A stretch of 64,000 nt of DNA from Bacteroidota bacterium (GTDB taxonomy: Bacteria; Bacteroidota; Bacteroidia; UBA4408), in contig JADKCP010000004.1 in the NCBI GenBank assembly GCA_016718805.1, positions 12,284 to 76,283 of the forward strand, written 5' to 3'. The translations under genes were made by a program, and so were the position numbers. How positions within the stretch are numbered: position 1 is the stretch's first letter; the number at the start of each line of letters is the position of its first letter. A model generated the notes under the pieces. It saw only the letters and a program-made list of their open reading frames with translations. It had not been told where the DNA came from and ran no database searches. Below are positions 7,598 to 19,232 of the stretch, in pieces.

Positions 7598-10306
7598 ATG
7601 AAAAAAATTATTTTACTAACACTGCTCTTTGCTTTATCCTTTTTTAAAGCATCTCAAGCTCAAAACTGCCAAGCTGGTTTTGTATATAGCTTGCTTCCGG
7701 GTTCAACCGTTGTAGCTTTTTATGATTCGAGTTTTACATCAGGCGACACAATTACAAGTTACGTTTGGTCGTTTGGCGATAGTACAGTTGGAACAGGTAT
7801 GAATCCAATTCATACTTATAATTTTACAGGAATGTATTTTGTATCACTAACAATTACAACTAGTTCAGGTTGCACTAGTACTGCGTATGATACAGTATGG
7901 TTTGGCACTCCTTGTAATGTGTTTGCAACCATTACCTATTCAAATTTTGTTCAAACACTTACTGTTGCAGCTACCAATGGAACTCCACCATATACCTATT
8001 TATGGTCAAACGGAGGTACTGGTAGTTCCATTCAAGCATTATCACCGGGTACATATTGTGTAACTGTTACTGATGCAAATGCTTGCAGTTACCAAACATG
8101 CTATCAAGTGGTATCAAATAATAACTGTTATGCCGAATTTACTTACAGCAGTACAATGGGATCTCCAACAGTATACTTTTACGATACAAGTTACGCAGGC
8201 AATGGAAGCATTAGCAGTTACCTTTGGAATTTTGGAGACAATACTACCAGCACTTTAGCGAATCCAACACACACTTATCCGAATACCGGGACTTATGGTG
8301 TTACACTAACAATATTAACCACAACCGGATGCACAAGTACTTATTATGACACAGTATATGCCGGTGTGCAATTTTGTAATATGTTTGCCTTTGCTTCGTT
8401 TAATCCAACAAGTTCTAGCTTAGATGTTCAAACCTTTGGTGGGGCAGCTCCTTACACATATATGTGGAATCCGGGTAATGGTTTGAGCAGTCCTATTGTT
8501 CCAAATCCAACAGTAAGTGTGAGTACTCCAACTACCTATTGTGTTATTATCACTGATATGATGGGTTGCACCTATCAAACTTGCGCTACTGCATTGCCTG
8601 CTTCTACAGATACTATTTGCGGAAATGTATTTAATGATGTGAATGGAAATGGAATACAGGATTCAACCGAATCAAGCGGGTATGGTTACTTAACTGTGTA
8701 TGGAAATAATGGTCAATATAGTGCTGCTGTTGATAGTATCACCGGACATTATTCATTAGCAGTACCTGCAGGTGTATACACCATTTGGTTTTGCAACTGG
8801 GGGATGCTTACAAGCTTTACCATTCCTACCAACGATACAGGATCATGTGCTTATTACGACAGTGTTGTAGTTTCTGGAGGTGGTGTTCATTGTGGATACA
8901 ATTTTGGATTACAATACAATGCTTCCTTTATTGAAGGAGATATTTTCTTTGATACAAATAACAATGGTGTTTTTGATTCAAACGAATCAGGCATTCCTTA
9001 CCAAAGTGTACATGCAGGAAATTACTGGGGCTATACAAACCAAAATGGGCATTACTCCATTACTGTGTTGCCAGGAACCTATACTGTAGCTTATACCCCG
9101 AGTGGTAATTATGCAGGCTATACCGTTACTACGCCAACTAGCTATTCTGTTACTTTAGCTAACGGAGCAACTTCAGCGAATAATAATTTTGGATTGTACA
9201 CCATTCCGGGATCTACTAATTTAGCTGTTAGCTTAGTTCCACACACTACAGTTACATCAGGTTTTCCAGCATGGTACGACATTTATGTAAACAATATTGG
9301 TGCAAATCCAACATCGGCTACTTTAACGATGTATTACGATCCTGCTTTAAACTTCACCAATGCAACTCCTGCGCAAGCCTCACACAATGCAGGTGCTCAT
9401 TCCATCACTTGGAATGTTCCAACAATTAACCCGGGAAGCAGCCGCTCATTTCATGTAAATTTTGTTGCAGCTTTAGGACTTACTTTAGGAGCAAGTACAT
9501 TTGAATTTGTTGGAGTAACTGCGAATAGTGGAATTGATATTAATTTGAGCAATAATTCTGATACCTTACATCAGGTAGTAACAGGTTCATGGGATCCTAA
9601 TAACAAATTGGTTGTATCTAGCAATTACAGTGATCCAAACTATCAGGTTATTTCTAGTGTGAATCCAAATCAAACAATTGATTATACCATTAACTTCCAA
9701 AATACAGGAACCGGACCAGCTGTGAACATTACTGTACTTGATGAGTTGTCTGCCGATTTAGATGCAAACAGTTTCCAACTTTTAGGAACCAGCCACAATG
9801 CAACTGTAAGCAAAAATGGAAATCAATTGAGTTTCTTATTTGCAAATATCATGTTAGCCGATTCAAACAGCAATGAGCCTGCAAGTCATGGTTATATTAA
9901 CTTCAGAGTAAATGCAAATGCAGGTTTACTACCAGGCCATAGCATACTCGACAAAGCCGATATTTATTTTGATTTTAACTCACCTGTTGCCACCAACGAT
10001 GCTACACTTTTATTGATAAATCCATTAAGCATTCTTGAAAGCAGCACTACAAACACAGCTTTTGTTAGCCCTAATCCGGTAAGCGATGAGTTTGTATTAA
10101 ATTATGCATTAGCGAAAGCATCAGATGTGCGTTACACTTTGAAAAACATCCAAGGCCAAACACTTGAAACAGTGCTATTGAAAAACCAAGTTGCTGGTGC
10201 TACAGCTTTAAAGTTATCTTCTGCACACTTAGCTGAAGGTCTTTATTTGCTAGAGTTGAACGATGGTTATAAAACTCAAACTATTAAGTTGGTGAAAACA
10301 AAATAA
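7598..10306 (+). CDS. T9SS cargo with PKD domains, SdrD B-like domains, a DUF11/DUF7619-type region and a type A CTD
   Basis: Signal peptide ending QA|Q. Two PKD repeats (Y.W.FGD...NP.HTY), two G..F.D.N.NG..D..E motifs, GSWDPNNK...YTINFQNTGT and CTD VSPNP...GLYLLEL...KLVK. Confidence 0.85.
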   Translation: MKKIILLTLLFALSFFKASQAQNCQAGFVYSLLPGSTVVAFYDSSFTSGDTITSYVWSFGDSTVGTGMNPIHTYNFTGMYFVSLTITTSSGCTSTAYDTVWFGTPCNVFATITYSNFVQTLTVAATNGTPPYTYLWSNGGTGSSIQALSPGTYCVTVTDANACSYQTCYQVVSNNNCYAEFTYSSTMGSPTVYFYDTSYAGNGSISSYLWNFGDNTTSTLANPTHTYPNTGTYGVTLTILTTTGCTSTYYDTVYAGVQFCNMFAFASFNPTSSSLDVQTFGGAAPYTYMWNPGNGLSSPIVPNPTVSVSTPTTYCVIITDMMGCTYQTCATALPASTDTICGNVFNDVNGNGIQDSTESSGYGYLTVYGNNGQYSAAVDSITGHYSLAVPAGVYTIWFCNWGMLTSFTIPTNDTGSCAYYDSVVVSGGGVHCGYNFGLQYNASFIEGDIFFDTNNNGVFDSNESGIPYQSVHAGNYWGYTNQNGHYSITVLPGTYTVAYTPSGNYAGYTVTTPTSYSVTLANGATSANNNFGLYTIPGSTNLAVSLVPHTTVTSGFPAWYDIYVNNIGANPTSATLTMYYDPALNFTNATPAQASHNAGAHSITWNVPTINPGSSRSFHVNFVAALGLTLGASTFEFVGVTANSGIDINLSNNSDTLHQVVTGSWDPNNKLVVSSNYSDPNYQVISSVNPNQTIDYTINFQNTGTGPAVNITVLDELSADLDANSFQLLGTSHNATVSKNGNQLSFLFANIMLADSNSNEPASHGYINFRVNANAGLLPGHSILDKADIYFDFNSPVATNDATLLLINPLSILESSTTNTAFVSPNPVSDEFVLNYALAKASDVRYTLKNIQGQTLETVLLKNQVAGATALKLSSAHLAEGLYLLELNDGYKTQTIKLVKTK

Positions 10307-10328
10307 CCCAATTTGTGATTCACCTGTT

Positions 10329-10369
10329 ACCGGCTCGCACTCCTTTCGGATCTGCGAGCCGGTTTTTTT
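10329..10369 (+). terminator. Intrinsic terminator after the PKD/T9SS gene
   Basis: Stem ACCGGCTCGCA / TGCGAGCCGGT followed by a T-run. Confidence 0.9.
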
Positions 10370-10461
10370 ATGCCCATACTATCAAGGAAGGCATTTTTAT
10401 TTTTTTGTGAAATTCAGTCAATCAGATTCCATTTTGACTATGCTCGTTTCAAATATTTAGC

Positions 10462-10469
10462 TATTTTTG
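10462..10469 (+). promoter_or_regulatory. -7 promoter box of eno
   Basis: TATTTTTG, 33 nt before the ATG. The -33 element is not clear. Confidence 0.5.
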
Positions 10470-10478
10470 AAACGCTAA

Positions 10479-11792
<1,314 letters not shown>

Positions 11793-11856
11793 TATTTTCT
11801 CAAAGTCAACTAAAAATTACACATTAAAATATCACACAAATAAAAGCACCGAAGAG

Positions 11857-13182
11857 ATGGCAGCAATGAAAGACACACTTAAGGAAAAATTCGCAGCAAA
11901 ATTTCCTACAGTAGCAGCAGAAGTAAAATCGTTGGTTAAAGACCATGGAAGTTTTGTATTGGGCCAATATACTGTTGAACAAGTATACCAAGGTATGAAA
12001 GGTATGTTGGGGATGGTTACTGAAACTTCAAAATTGGATTCAGAAATTGGGATAAAATTCAGAGGATACTCTATTCCTGAATTACGAGAAAAACTTCCAA
12101 AAGCTCCGGGAGGTACAGAGCCACTGCCGGAAGGAATTTTTTATTTGATGTTGTTGGGCGAATTACCCAGCGTACAAGACGTAGTGGAATTAGGAAATAA
12201 TTGGGCACGCAGAAGCAATGTTCCTAAGCATGTTTTTGACATTATCGATAAAATGCCTTCCAATGCGCATCCAATGACCCAGTTTAGTGCTGCAATTATT
12301 GCTTTACAAACCGAATCATTATTTTATTCAGCATACCGAAAAGGCATTAATAAAAAAGATTATTGGGATTACATGTATGAAGATTCCATGAATTTAATTT
12401 CCCGTTTGCCTCGTATTGCAGCTTATATTTATCGTCGTACCTACCATAATGGAGTGCATATTGAGCCGGATCACACACTTGATTGGGCAGCTAATTTTGC
12501 GCACATGTTAGGTTTCGAACAATTTGATATGAAGCGTTTAATGCGGTTGTATTTGACAATACACGTAGATCATGAAGGAGGTAACGTATCAGCACATGCT
12601 ACGCATTTGGTGGGTTCTGCATTAAGTGATGCGTATTATTCATTTGCATCTGGAATGAATGGATTGGCAGGTCCTTTACATGGATTGGCAAATCAGGAAG
12701 TTGTAATTTGGTTGCAAAAATTGAGAGCCGATATTGGCGGAACTTTCCCTACTAAACAACAAATTGCAGAATATATACAGTCCACTTTAGCAGCCGGAAA
12801 AGTTGTACCCGGATATGGACATGCTGTATTGCGCAAAACTGATCCACGCTTTACTGCACAACAAGAGTTTTACCGCACCTACATTAAAAGCGATGAATTG
12901 TGTGAAATAGTACAAATGGTATATGAAGTAGCACCACCCATATTAGAGTCAACCGGAAAAATTAAAAATCCTTGGCCAAATGTGGATGCGCATTCAGGTG
13001 CTTTGCTGTTGCATTATGGTTTAAAAGAATACGAATTTTATACAGTTATTTTTGGAGTATCACGTGCCTTAGGAGTATTAGCTTCGCTTATTTGGGACCG
13101 TGCATTAGGCCATCCGCTTGAGCGACCAAGTTCGGATACTACCGAAGGTATTCGTAAAAAAGTTACTGCTGCTGCTAAATAA
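11857..13182 (+). CDS. gltA: Citrate synthase, eukaryotic-type (Si)
   Basis: GIKFRGYSIPE, DHEGGNVSAH, NGLAGPLHGLANQEV, GYGHAVLRKTDPR and WPNVDAHSG. Confidence 0.93.
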   Translation: MAAMKDTLKEKFAAKFPTVAAEVKSLVKDHGSFVLGQYTVEQVYQGMKGMLGMVTETSKLDSEIGIKFRGYSIPELREKLPKAPGGTEPLPEGIFYLMLLGELPSVQDVVELGNNWARRSNVPKHVFDIIDKMPSNAHPMTQFSAAIIALQTESLFYSAYRKGINKKDYWDYMYEDSMNLISRLPRIAAYIYRRTYHNGVHIEPDHTLDWAANFAHMLGFEQFDMKRLMRLYLTIHVDHEGGNVSAHATHLVGSALSDAYYSFASGMNGLAGPLHGLANQEVVIWLQKLRADIGGTFPTKQQIAEYIQSTLAAGKVVPGYGHAVLRKTDPRFTAQQEFYRTYIKSDELCEIVQMVYEVAPPILESTGKIKNPWPNVDAHSGALLLHYGLKEYEFYTVIFGVSRALGVLASLIWDRALGHPLERPSSDTTEGIRKKVTAAAK

Positions 13183-13203
13183 AATTTATTTACTTTGATT
13201 ATG

Positions 13204-13238
13204 AAAACGCAATCGATATTTTTGATTGCGTTTTTTTT
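13204..13238 (+). terminator. Intrinsic terminator after citrate synthase
   Basis: Stem AAAACGCAATC / GATTGCGTTTT followed by further Ts. Confidence 0.85.
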
Positions 13239-13276
13239 ATTTATTCCAATTAATCAATTCATTAAAACTCCATACA

Positions 13277-14341
13277 GTGAATCAAAACCCATCCGGTCAA
13301 TTTATAAGTAAGCGCTCACTGTTAAAAATACTAACCGTGAGCACCATACTGTTTTTTGGAATACTCGTTTTGTATTCGCTCAAAGAATTTATTGATGCGG
13401 CTCTTGGTGCAGTTATTATTTATGTGTTGTTCCGACCAATGATGCGCTGGCTTACCGAAACAAAAAAATGGAAAGCTACTTATGCAACTTTACTCATTTT
13501 TTTTATCACTTTTATTAGTGTCTTAGCTCCTGCATTTTTAATAGCTAGCTTGCTGATTCCAAAGTTTAGTTTGTTTTTTAATAATGATTCGTTTCTTGTA
13601 CAATTCTTACATACTAGCGACTTATACCTAAAATCGAACCTTGGTATTGATTTATTAGCTGCCGAAAACATTAGCAAAATTCAAGGATCTGTAACCACCG
13701 AAATTGCAGATTTATTGGGTCAAACCTTTTCCATTTTTGGAGATATCATTTTGATGTATTTCGTTTTGTACTTTATGCTTATCAATGTAAATAAGCTGGA
13801 AGATGGCATCGAAAAACTACTTCCTATGTCGAAATCGAATCTAGAAAAATTTGGTGCAGAACTAAAATCAATGACCATTAGCAATGTTATTGGTTCTCCA
13901 CTATTAGCTATATTTCAAGGAATAATTGCTTCGCTTGGATTTTGGATTTTTGGATTACCAGATCCGGTTTTTTGGGGAATGATGGCAGGTGTTTTTTCAT
14001 TTATACCATTTATTGGCTCTGCTATTATTTGGGTACCGGCAGCAATCTTCCAATTGAGCAATGGACTTGTTTGGCAAGGTGTTGCCATTGTTATTTTTGG
14101 ACTTGCGATAATATCAACCATCGACAATGTGTTTCGATTTGTATTCCAAAAAAAGTTTGCGGATGTTCACCCCATGGTTACTGTTTTTGGAATTATTTTA
14201 GGCTTGCAACTTTTTGGATTACCCGGATTTATTTTTGGTCCATTGATTATTTCCTGGTTATTAATTTTAATAAAAATATACCGGGAAGAATATATTGCAA
14301 ATAGCAACCAGATTGAGCTTAACCAGCAATTAGACCAATAA
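13277..14341 (+). CDS. AI-2E (PerM/UPF0118) family transporter
   Basis: Multi-TM protein with FSFIPFIGSAIIWVP, DNVFR, HP and FG..G.IFGP motifs. The ORF-track start at 13226 lies inside the terminator, so GTG 13277 is preferred. Confidence 0.85.
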   Translation: MNQNPSGQFISKRSLLKILTVSTILFFGILVLYSLKEFIDAALGAVIIYVLFRPMMRWLTETKKWKATYATLLIFFITFISVLAPAFLIASLLIPKFSLFFNNDSFLVQFLHTSDLYLKSNLGIDLLAAENISKIQGSVTTEIADLLGQTFSIFGDIILMYFVLYFMLINVNKLEDGIEKLLPMSKSNLEKFGAELKSMTISNVIGSPLLAIFQGIIASLGFWIFGLPDPVFWGMMAGVFSFIPFIGSAIIWVPAAIFQLSNGLVWQGVAIVIFGLAIISTIDNVFRFVFQKKFADVHPMVTVFGIILGLQLFGLPGFIFGPLIISWLLILIKIYREEYIANSNQIELNQQLDQ

Positions 14342-14363
14342 TCCATTGTAAAAATGGAAGTGA

Positions 14364-15248
14364 TTATGAGCTATGCAATTTAAACGAAGTCATTGAAAAA
14401 GAACCACCGATTACTTTATCATTGAAAAAACTAAGCTCATCCTTTTTACTTCTTAATGCCAACGCATAAATCATTGGCAAATAATGATCGGGGCTGGGCG
14501 CTGCCAACTGAAAGGCTTTGCTGTAACTTCTATAATTAATTAAGGAGTTAAAATCGTTTTGGCTAATTAATTTTTTAAACTCTTCATTAGCTTCTATGGC
14601 CCAATCAAGTGCCGTTTCAACAAGCCCACCACTCCCCCATTTTGCAAATTGAAAATTATGAACCATGTTTCCACTTCCAATAATTAAAACCCCCTTTTTC
14701 CGCAAGCCAGCAAGTTCCTTTGCAAGGTTGTAATGATACAAGGTATCTTTTGTATAATCTAAGCTCAATTCTATAACCGGTATATCGGCTGCAGGATACA
14801 GGTGCTTCAACACACTCCAGCTACCATGGTCTAATCCCCAACTTTCATCCAACCCAACAGGCACAGTTAGTATACTATTTTTTGTTTCCTCGGCTAACCA
14901 CTTACTACCGGGTGCATTATATTGCACATCAAACAATGCTTGTGGAAAACCTCCAAAATCGTGAATGGTTTTAGGACGCTCCATTGCTGTTACAAATGTT
15001 CCGTTAGTTTCCCAATGAGCCGAAACACAAAGTATTGCTTTAGGTTTTGGAATACTGGTGGCTACCTGTCGCCAAGCTTTCGAAAATTCATTCTCTTCAA
15101 TTGCATTCATTGGAGAACCATGTCCCACAAACAAAACAGGCATCTCATTTTCTTGCTCTTTTAAATTTGCTGTGGCTGTTTTTAACCCATTCAGTGTTGT
15201 CATAGCTGTAAGCCCTATTGCTGCTTTTATAAATTCATTTCGCTTCAT
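14364..15248 (-). CDS. ygiD: 4,5-DOPA extradiol dioxygenase (LigB family)
   Basis: LFVGHGSPMN, SAHWET, WGLDHGSW, GSGNMVHN and PDHYLP. Confidence 0.9.
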   Translation of the reverse strand: MKRNEFIKAAIGLTAMTTLNGLKTATANLKEQENEMPVLFVGHGSPMNAIEENEFSKAWRQVATSIPKPKAILCVSAHWETNGTFVTAMERPKTIHDFGGFPQALFDVQYNAPGSKWLAEETKNSILTVPVGLDESWGLDHGSWSVLKHLYPAADIPVIELSLDYTKDTLYHYNLAKELAGLRKKGVLIIGSGNMVHNFQFAKWGSGGLVETALDWAIEANEEFKKLISQNDFNSLINYRSYSKAFQLAAPSPDHYLPMIYALALRSKKDELSFFNDKVIGGSFSMTSFKLHSS

Positions 15249-15427
15249 ACAATTGGGGTATGAATTAGTATTTTTTAATAACGTAAAGATAGAATTTTTG
15301 AAAGGTTGCTGCTAAAAATGCGTTAGCAAAAATGTAGTAAATAATGATTAAATAACTTTAAAGATAACTGCAGTATCTAGAACACCCTTTCTTCTTTTTT
15401 AACTAGAATATCTAAAAGAATAAAATT

Positions 15428-15850
15428 TTAACGCCTTGTTCTAAACTTCCGTTTCACAGCTATTTCATCATAAGCGTAAGCTTCTTTCAAAAGTCTTGAT
15501 AGTGCTTCAATGTTAATTTCTTCAGGCTTATTATATAGTTTGTAAAAAATTTGTTTGTTGGTACCTCTATCAAGGTATTTCTCAACATCCTTTAATTTAT
15601 TTCCGTACCAAAATCCAAATAAAACACCTTTACTTATTCCTCCACCCGGAATAGCTGCCGGCCAAATTATGCAGATACCACGTTTCCTATAAAAGAAAGG
15701 GACATTGTAACTGATTTTTTCTTTGCAATCTTCAGGAAGCGTATCAATAACGAGTTGTCTGAGAATATCTGTAATCAAACGCTGATCATCCGGAAGTAAT
15801 GGCATTAACTCAACTACAGAGCTAATTTTTACTTTGTGACGCGGAGGCAT
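15428..15850 (-). CDS. DUF1801 (YdhG-like) protein
   Basis: LRQLV...EKISYNVPFF...ICIIWP and a C-terminal L..LLKEA helix. Confidence 0.7.
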   Translation of the reverse strand: MPPRHKVKISSVVELMPLLPDDQRLITDILRQLVIDTLPEDCKEKISYNVPFFYRKRGICIIWPAAIPGGGISKGVLFGFWYGNKLKDVEKYLDRGTNKQIFYKLYNKPEEINIEALSRLLKEAYAYDEIAVKRKFRTRR

Positions 15851-15877
15851 GTTACCTAAACAAAAAAGAAAAAGAAA

Positions 15878-17596
15878 CTAGTTGAGCAAAATTTTTGTAC
15901 TGAAAACAGCTCCATCTTTTCCCTTGGCTTTAAGTAAATACACACCTTTGGGATAAGAGCTGAAATCGAGCCTTACATTTCCTGCAGTAACATTTTGGTT
16001 TGAAATAGATATACCTACTAAATCTATCAACTCAATTTGTTGAATTCCAAAGTTGTTTTTAAAATAGATAATTCCACTACTTGGAATTGGACTTACCTTA
16101 AACTCTTGCACTTTTGAAAGCAACTGAATGGTTGTTCCAACAGGTGGTTGAATGTAACTGTAGTAAACATCTTGCTCACCGTTTAATGTATTTGCCCAAG
16201 CTAAATGCGCACCATTGCTATCTGAAACCATATCGAAATAATCGCCCATTTTATTTTGATTGGGGTATCCAACATGCGGATCAAAATTGGGTGATAATTT
16301 TTCGTTATTCGACCAAGTTACTCCTTGATCTATAGAATACGAATAATATAATGCCGAAGAATCACTTCCGGAACCATCGCGTGTATCTAACCAAATTACA
16401 TCAATTCGTCCGTTTGGCGCAACCGACATGGTTCCAAACCATTGTGTGTTTGTAAACGAATTATCGTCGTTAATTCTAATGGGAGCCGACCAGGTAACAC
16501 CACCATCGCTGCTTCGCACAAACATCACATCGCCAGGATCAAAATTTGAGTTTCTGAAAACGGATGCCAACACATATACATTTCCTTGTCCGGCACCGTT
16601 TGACACATCAACTTCCACGTTCACCTGACCCATTAAACCTTGCGGATTAATTGGAGTAAATCCTTGAACTCCACCATCCATAAAAATATAAGAAGGCGGC
16701 TCCCAAATAATTGGAGCACCTGCAATTTGCGCTGTAATTGACTTGCATAAAAGCAAACTATCGTTGAGTGCATTCGCTCCGGCAATGTATAATTCACCCG
16801 ATGTACCTAATGCCATTGTATTCCAAAATGGTTCATTATCAACCAATGTACAAGTATCAAAACTACTTCCATTGTTTTGCGAACGTGTAAAATTATACGG
16901 AACACAAGTGCTGAAAGCTGCATTCCAACTCGAATAAATATTGCCACTGCTTGGACCATTCGTGCGATCAATTACCATCCATTGCTTATCGCCACCTGCC
17001 GCTGCAACTCCAGTATCCCAAGCTGCTCCGCCATTGGTACTTTTAAAAACTCTGCAAAAAAAGTTGGGATTATTAGTTAAACTGTTATAATAAAAATTAC
17101 CGCCGGTATCAGTATCTAAAACAGGATCTGATCTAAATATACCGGGTTCAATAACCCCAGTAAAATTCCATGTTTGGCCAGAGTCGGAAGTAGATGCAAC
17201 ACCTGCTTGACGAAAATTACTTAGTACATTATCAAATTGTCGCCAGCCAATTGTAATGTTTCCCGGTTGTTTCCAATTTACTCCAATACTTGGTTCATTG
17301 GCTGCATCACCAATAATATTTTGACCAATTGAATTTACATTCACCTGAGCCGTAAAAACACTGCTATTGCTGGCATTAGTAGAAATAACTTGTTTACGTT
17401 TTGCAATTTGAGAGGAATTGAAACGATACGCAGGTGCTGTTTTTTTATTTTGAAAAGCATTGGGAAGATAGGGATCATCAACTGATTCATGCAATAATTC
17501 CTTTTTTTCAGAAGGCGCAATTTTATTTGATTGAGCAAATACCTGAACTATAGAACAGGAATAAAATGCAGTTGCAAGTACCAATACTTTTGTCAT
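15878..17596 (-). CDS. T9SS cargo with BNR/Asp-box beta-propeller (sialidase-like fold)
   Basis: Signal ending FA|Q. Asp-boxes STSDSGQTW, STNGGAAW, SSDGGVTW and SIDQGVTW. CTD VSPIP...KGVYLLK...KILL. Confidence 0.8.
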   Translation of the reverse strand: MTKVLVLATAFYSCSIVQVFAQSNKIAPSEKKELLHESVDDPYLPNAFQNKKTAPAYRFNSSQIAKRKQVISTNASNSSVFTAQVNVNSIGQNIIGDAANEPSIGVNWKQPGNITIGWRQFDNVLSNFRQAGVASTSDSGQTWNFTGVIEPGIFRSDPVLDTDTGGNFYYNSLTNNPNFFCRVFKSTNGGAAWDTGVAAAGGDKQWMVIDRTNGPSSGNIYSSWNAAFSTCVPYNFTRSQNNGSSFDTCTLVDNEPFWNTMALGTSGELYIAGANALNDSLLLCKSITAQIAGAPIIWEPPSYIFMDGGVQGFTPINPQGLMGQVNVEVDVSNGAGQGNVYVLASVFRNSNFDPGDVMFVRSSDGGVTWSAPIRINDDNSFTNTQWFGTMSVAPNGRIDVIWLDTRDGSGSDSSALYYSYSIDQGVTWSNNEKLSPNFDPHVGYPNQNKMGDYFDMVSDSNGAHLAWANTLNGEQDVYYSYIQPPVGTTIQLLSKVQEFKVSPIPSSGIIYFKNNFGIQQIELIDLVGISISNQNVTAGNVRLDFSSYPKGVYLLKAKGKDGAVFSTKILLN

Positions 17597-17676
17597 TTTT
17601 TAATTTTGCTTTAGGTTCAATTATCTAAAATTACAAATTAAATACCTTGTTTAGAAATTAAAATCGAGCACTTGCA

Positions 17677-19215
17677 TTATCGTTTGTCTACTGCAATTAC
17701 TAAGGCAACCGCATTTTTACTCTTCGTATCACATTCGAAATTCACTTTCTGATTTGTAGTAAACCCAACAGCTGGAATAAGTTCAGCTGCCAATACTCCA
17801 TTTATTTTATCAACGTAAGTTGAAGCTTGAAAATTATTAATTGCATTGTTAATGGCTTTGTAGTCGATTGGGTTTTTACTTACAACTATTGCCATAAAAT
17901 CTTTTGCGCCAATAGCATCCACCAACATACTGTAGTCGCGAGGAAATATGCGGGTTCCGGTAATTCCACAATAGGCCGAATGTTTGGGTGTGTAAGGAAA
18001 CAAAACATAGGAACTTTTATCGGTATCTTGTGCAAAAACATAAGTATAACATTCAATTGAATTGCTTACTTCTACTTTAAATTTAGTCCCTTTTGCCAAC
18101 GGACGAAGCGTGCTAAATGAGTTTTGCGTTTGATTTTGGAGTGCTATATAACTGCCGCTTTCTTTGTCAATCAAGCCAATTGAACAATTTAAACGAGTTT
18201 CATTTGCAACAGCACCAGTTCTGGCAAGTGGATAAATACCGTATGCTTCGTTACAAAAATATTCGAAGTCTTTGTAACGAACCCAAGCAAAACCTTTGTT
18301 TCCCCATGCTGTTCCCCAACTATTCATGAGTTGAAATGAACCTCCATTTAAAAACTCGTCGTACCCAACTACACACATGCAATGCCCTCCAAATCCATTT
18401 TTATCATAATCCTCATTGCTTGGCATCCAACTTTCTTGTCCTTCCATTTCGCGCATAAATGTTCCGCCAACGCTCATTCCTACTACCACAGGCGCTCCTT
18501 GTGCGAGGTTTTGCTTCATGGCTTGCATGTCAACTGTAAAATCATCGCCGTTCAGGGTAAGTCGGTTGTAGCCTTTCATTTTAAACTTACTTGCATCTTG
18601 TAATTCGTAACTATTGGGCAATTTATCACAACTATTTTCATCGTATGGAAAATCACGATAGGGCATTGCACCTGTGTGTTTCATATTGTCCATAGCGCGA
18701 TTAATATAAGAGCCTTGACAACCTTCGAGACCAATTTGATTGTATAAAAAACTTGGACTGAAAGCAATTTGATTGGGATCTTCTCCGGTAGCTACAGCTT
18801 GCAAAATAGTTCGCGCAGCATAGGCACTTCCCCATCCTACACATGAACCTTGCTGACCTTGGTTCTGAGGAGTAGGACAGAAACGCTGCAAACTCACTTG
18901 ATCGGGTAATTTTTCTTTATCAGATAATGCTGCAAAAACTTCTGCACTATCGTATACTTCGCGTTTCATTTCGCAGCCTGTAGCGTAACTACTTTGCGCT
19001 TGTTGATCTGGAGCTCCGGAACTACATCCTTTTTGAAATAAAAAATAACCTCCCCCAAGCACTAATGCAATCAACGCAAGTTTGGGATTTCGAAGTAATA
19101 AAGGCAATAACATTCCAATGATGTTACCCGCTCCACCTCCACCCTTTTTCCGCTCAGGTGGGTTATTGTTATTAGAATTTTGATTGTCGTTGTCTTCGAC
19201 CATTCGAATAGGCAT
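17677..19215 (-). CDS. Membrane-anchored C1 (papain-like) cysteine peptidase with C-terminal DUF4384-like domain
   Basis: QGQQGSCVGW (Cys), GGHCMCVVGY (His), LMNSWG (Asn) and an N-terminal TM segment. The start is placed at MPIRM. Confidence 0.85.
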   Translation of the reverse strand: MPIRMVEDNDNQNSNNNNPPERKKGGGGAGNIIGMLLPLLLRNPKLALIALVLGGGYFLFQKGCSSGAPDQQAQSSYATGCEMKREVYDSAEVFAALSDKEKLPDQVSLQRFCPTPQNQGQQGSCVGWGSAYAARTILQAVATGEDPNQIAFSPSFLYNQIGLEGCQGSYINRAMDNMKHTGAMPYRDFPYDENSCDKLPNSYELQDASKFKMKGYNRLTLNGDDFTVDMQAMKQNLAQGAPVVVGMSVGGTFMREMEGQESWMPSNEDYDKNGFGGHCMCVVGYDEFLNGGSFQLMNSWGTAWGNKGFAWVRYKDFEYFCNEAYGIYPLARTGAVANETRLNCSIGLIDKESGSYIALQNQTQNSFSTLRPLAKGTKFKVEVSNSIECYTYVFAQDTDKSSYVLFPYTPKHSAYCGITGTRIFPRDYSMLVDAIGAKDFMAIVVSKNPIDYKAINNAINNFQASTYVDKINGVLAAELIPAVGFTTNQKVNFECDTKSKNAVALVIAVDKR

Positions 19216-19232
19216 AACTTTATATTTTAAGG

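Noticed and set aside
15362-15378. Near-palindrome AGATAACTGCAGTATCT upstream of ygiD, loosely similar to the yceI operator
   Set aside because: It is imperfect, has a different half-site and lies ~115 nt from the start. It could arise by chance in AT-rich DNA.
15878-17596. Calling the BNR protein a true sialidase
   Set aside because: Asp-boxes are present, but I see no FRIP/RIP motif or clear arginine triad, so only the fold is supported.
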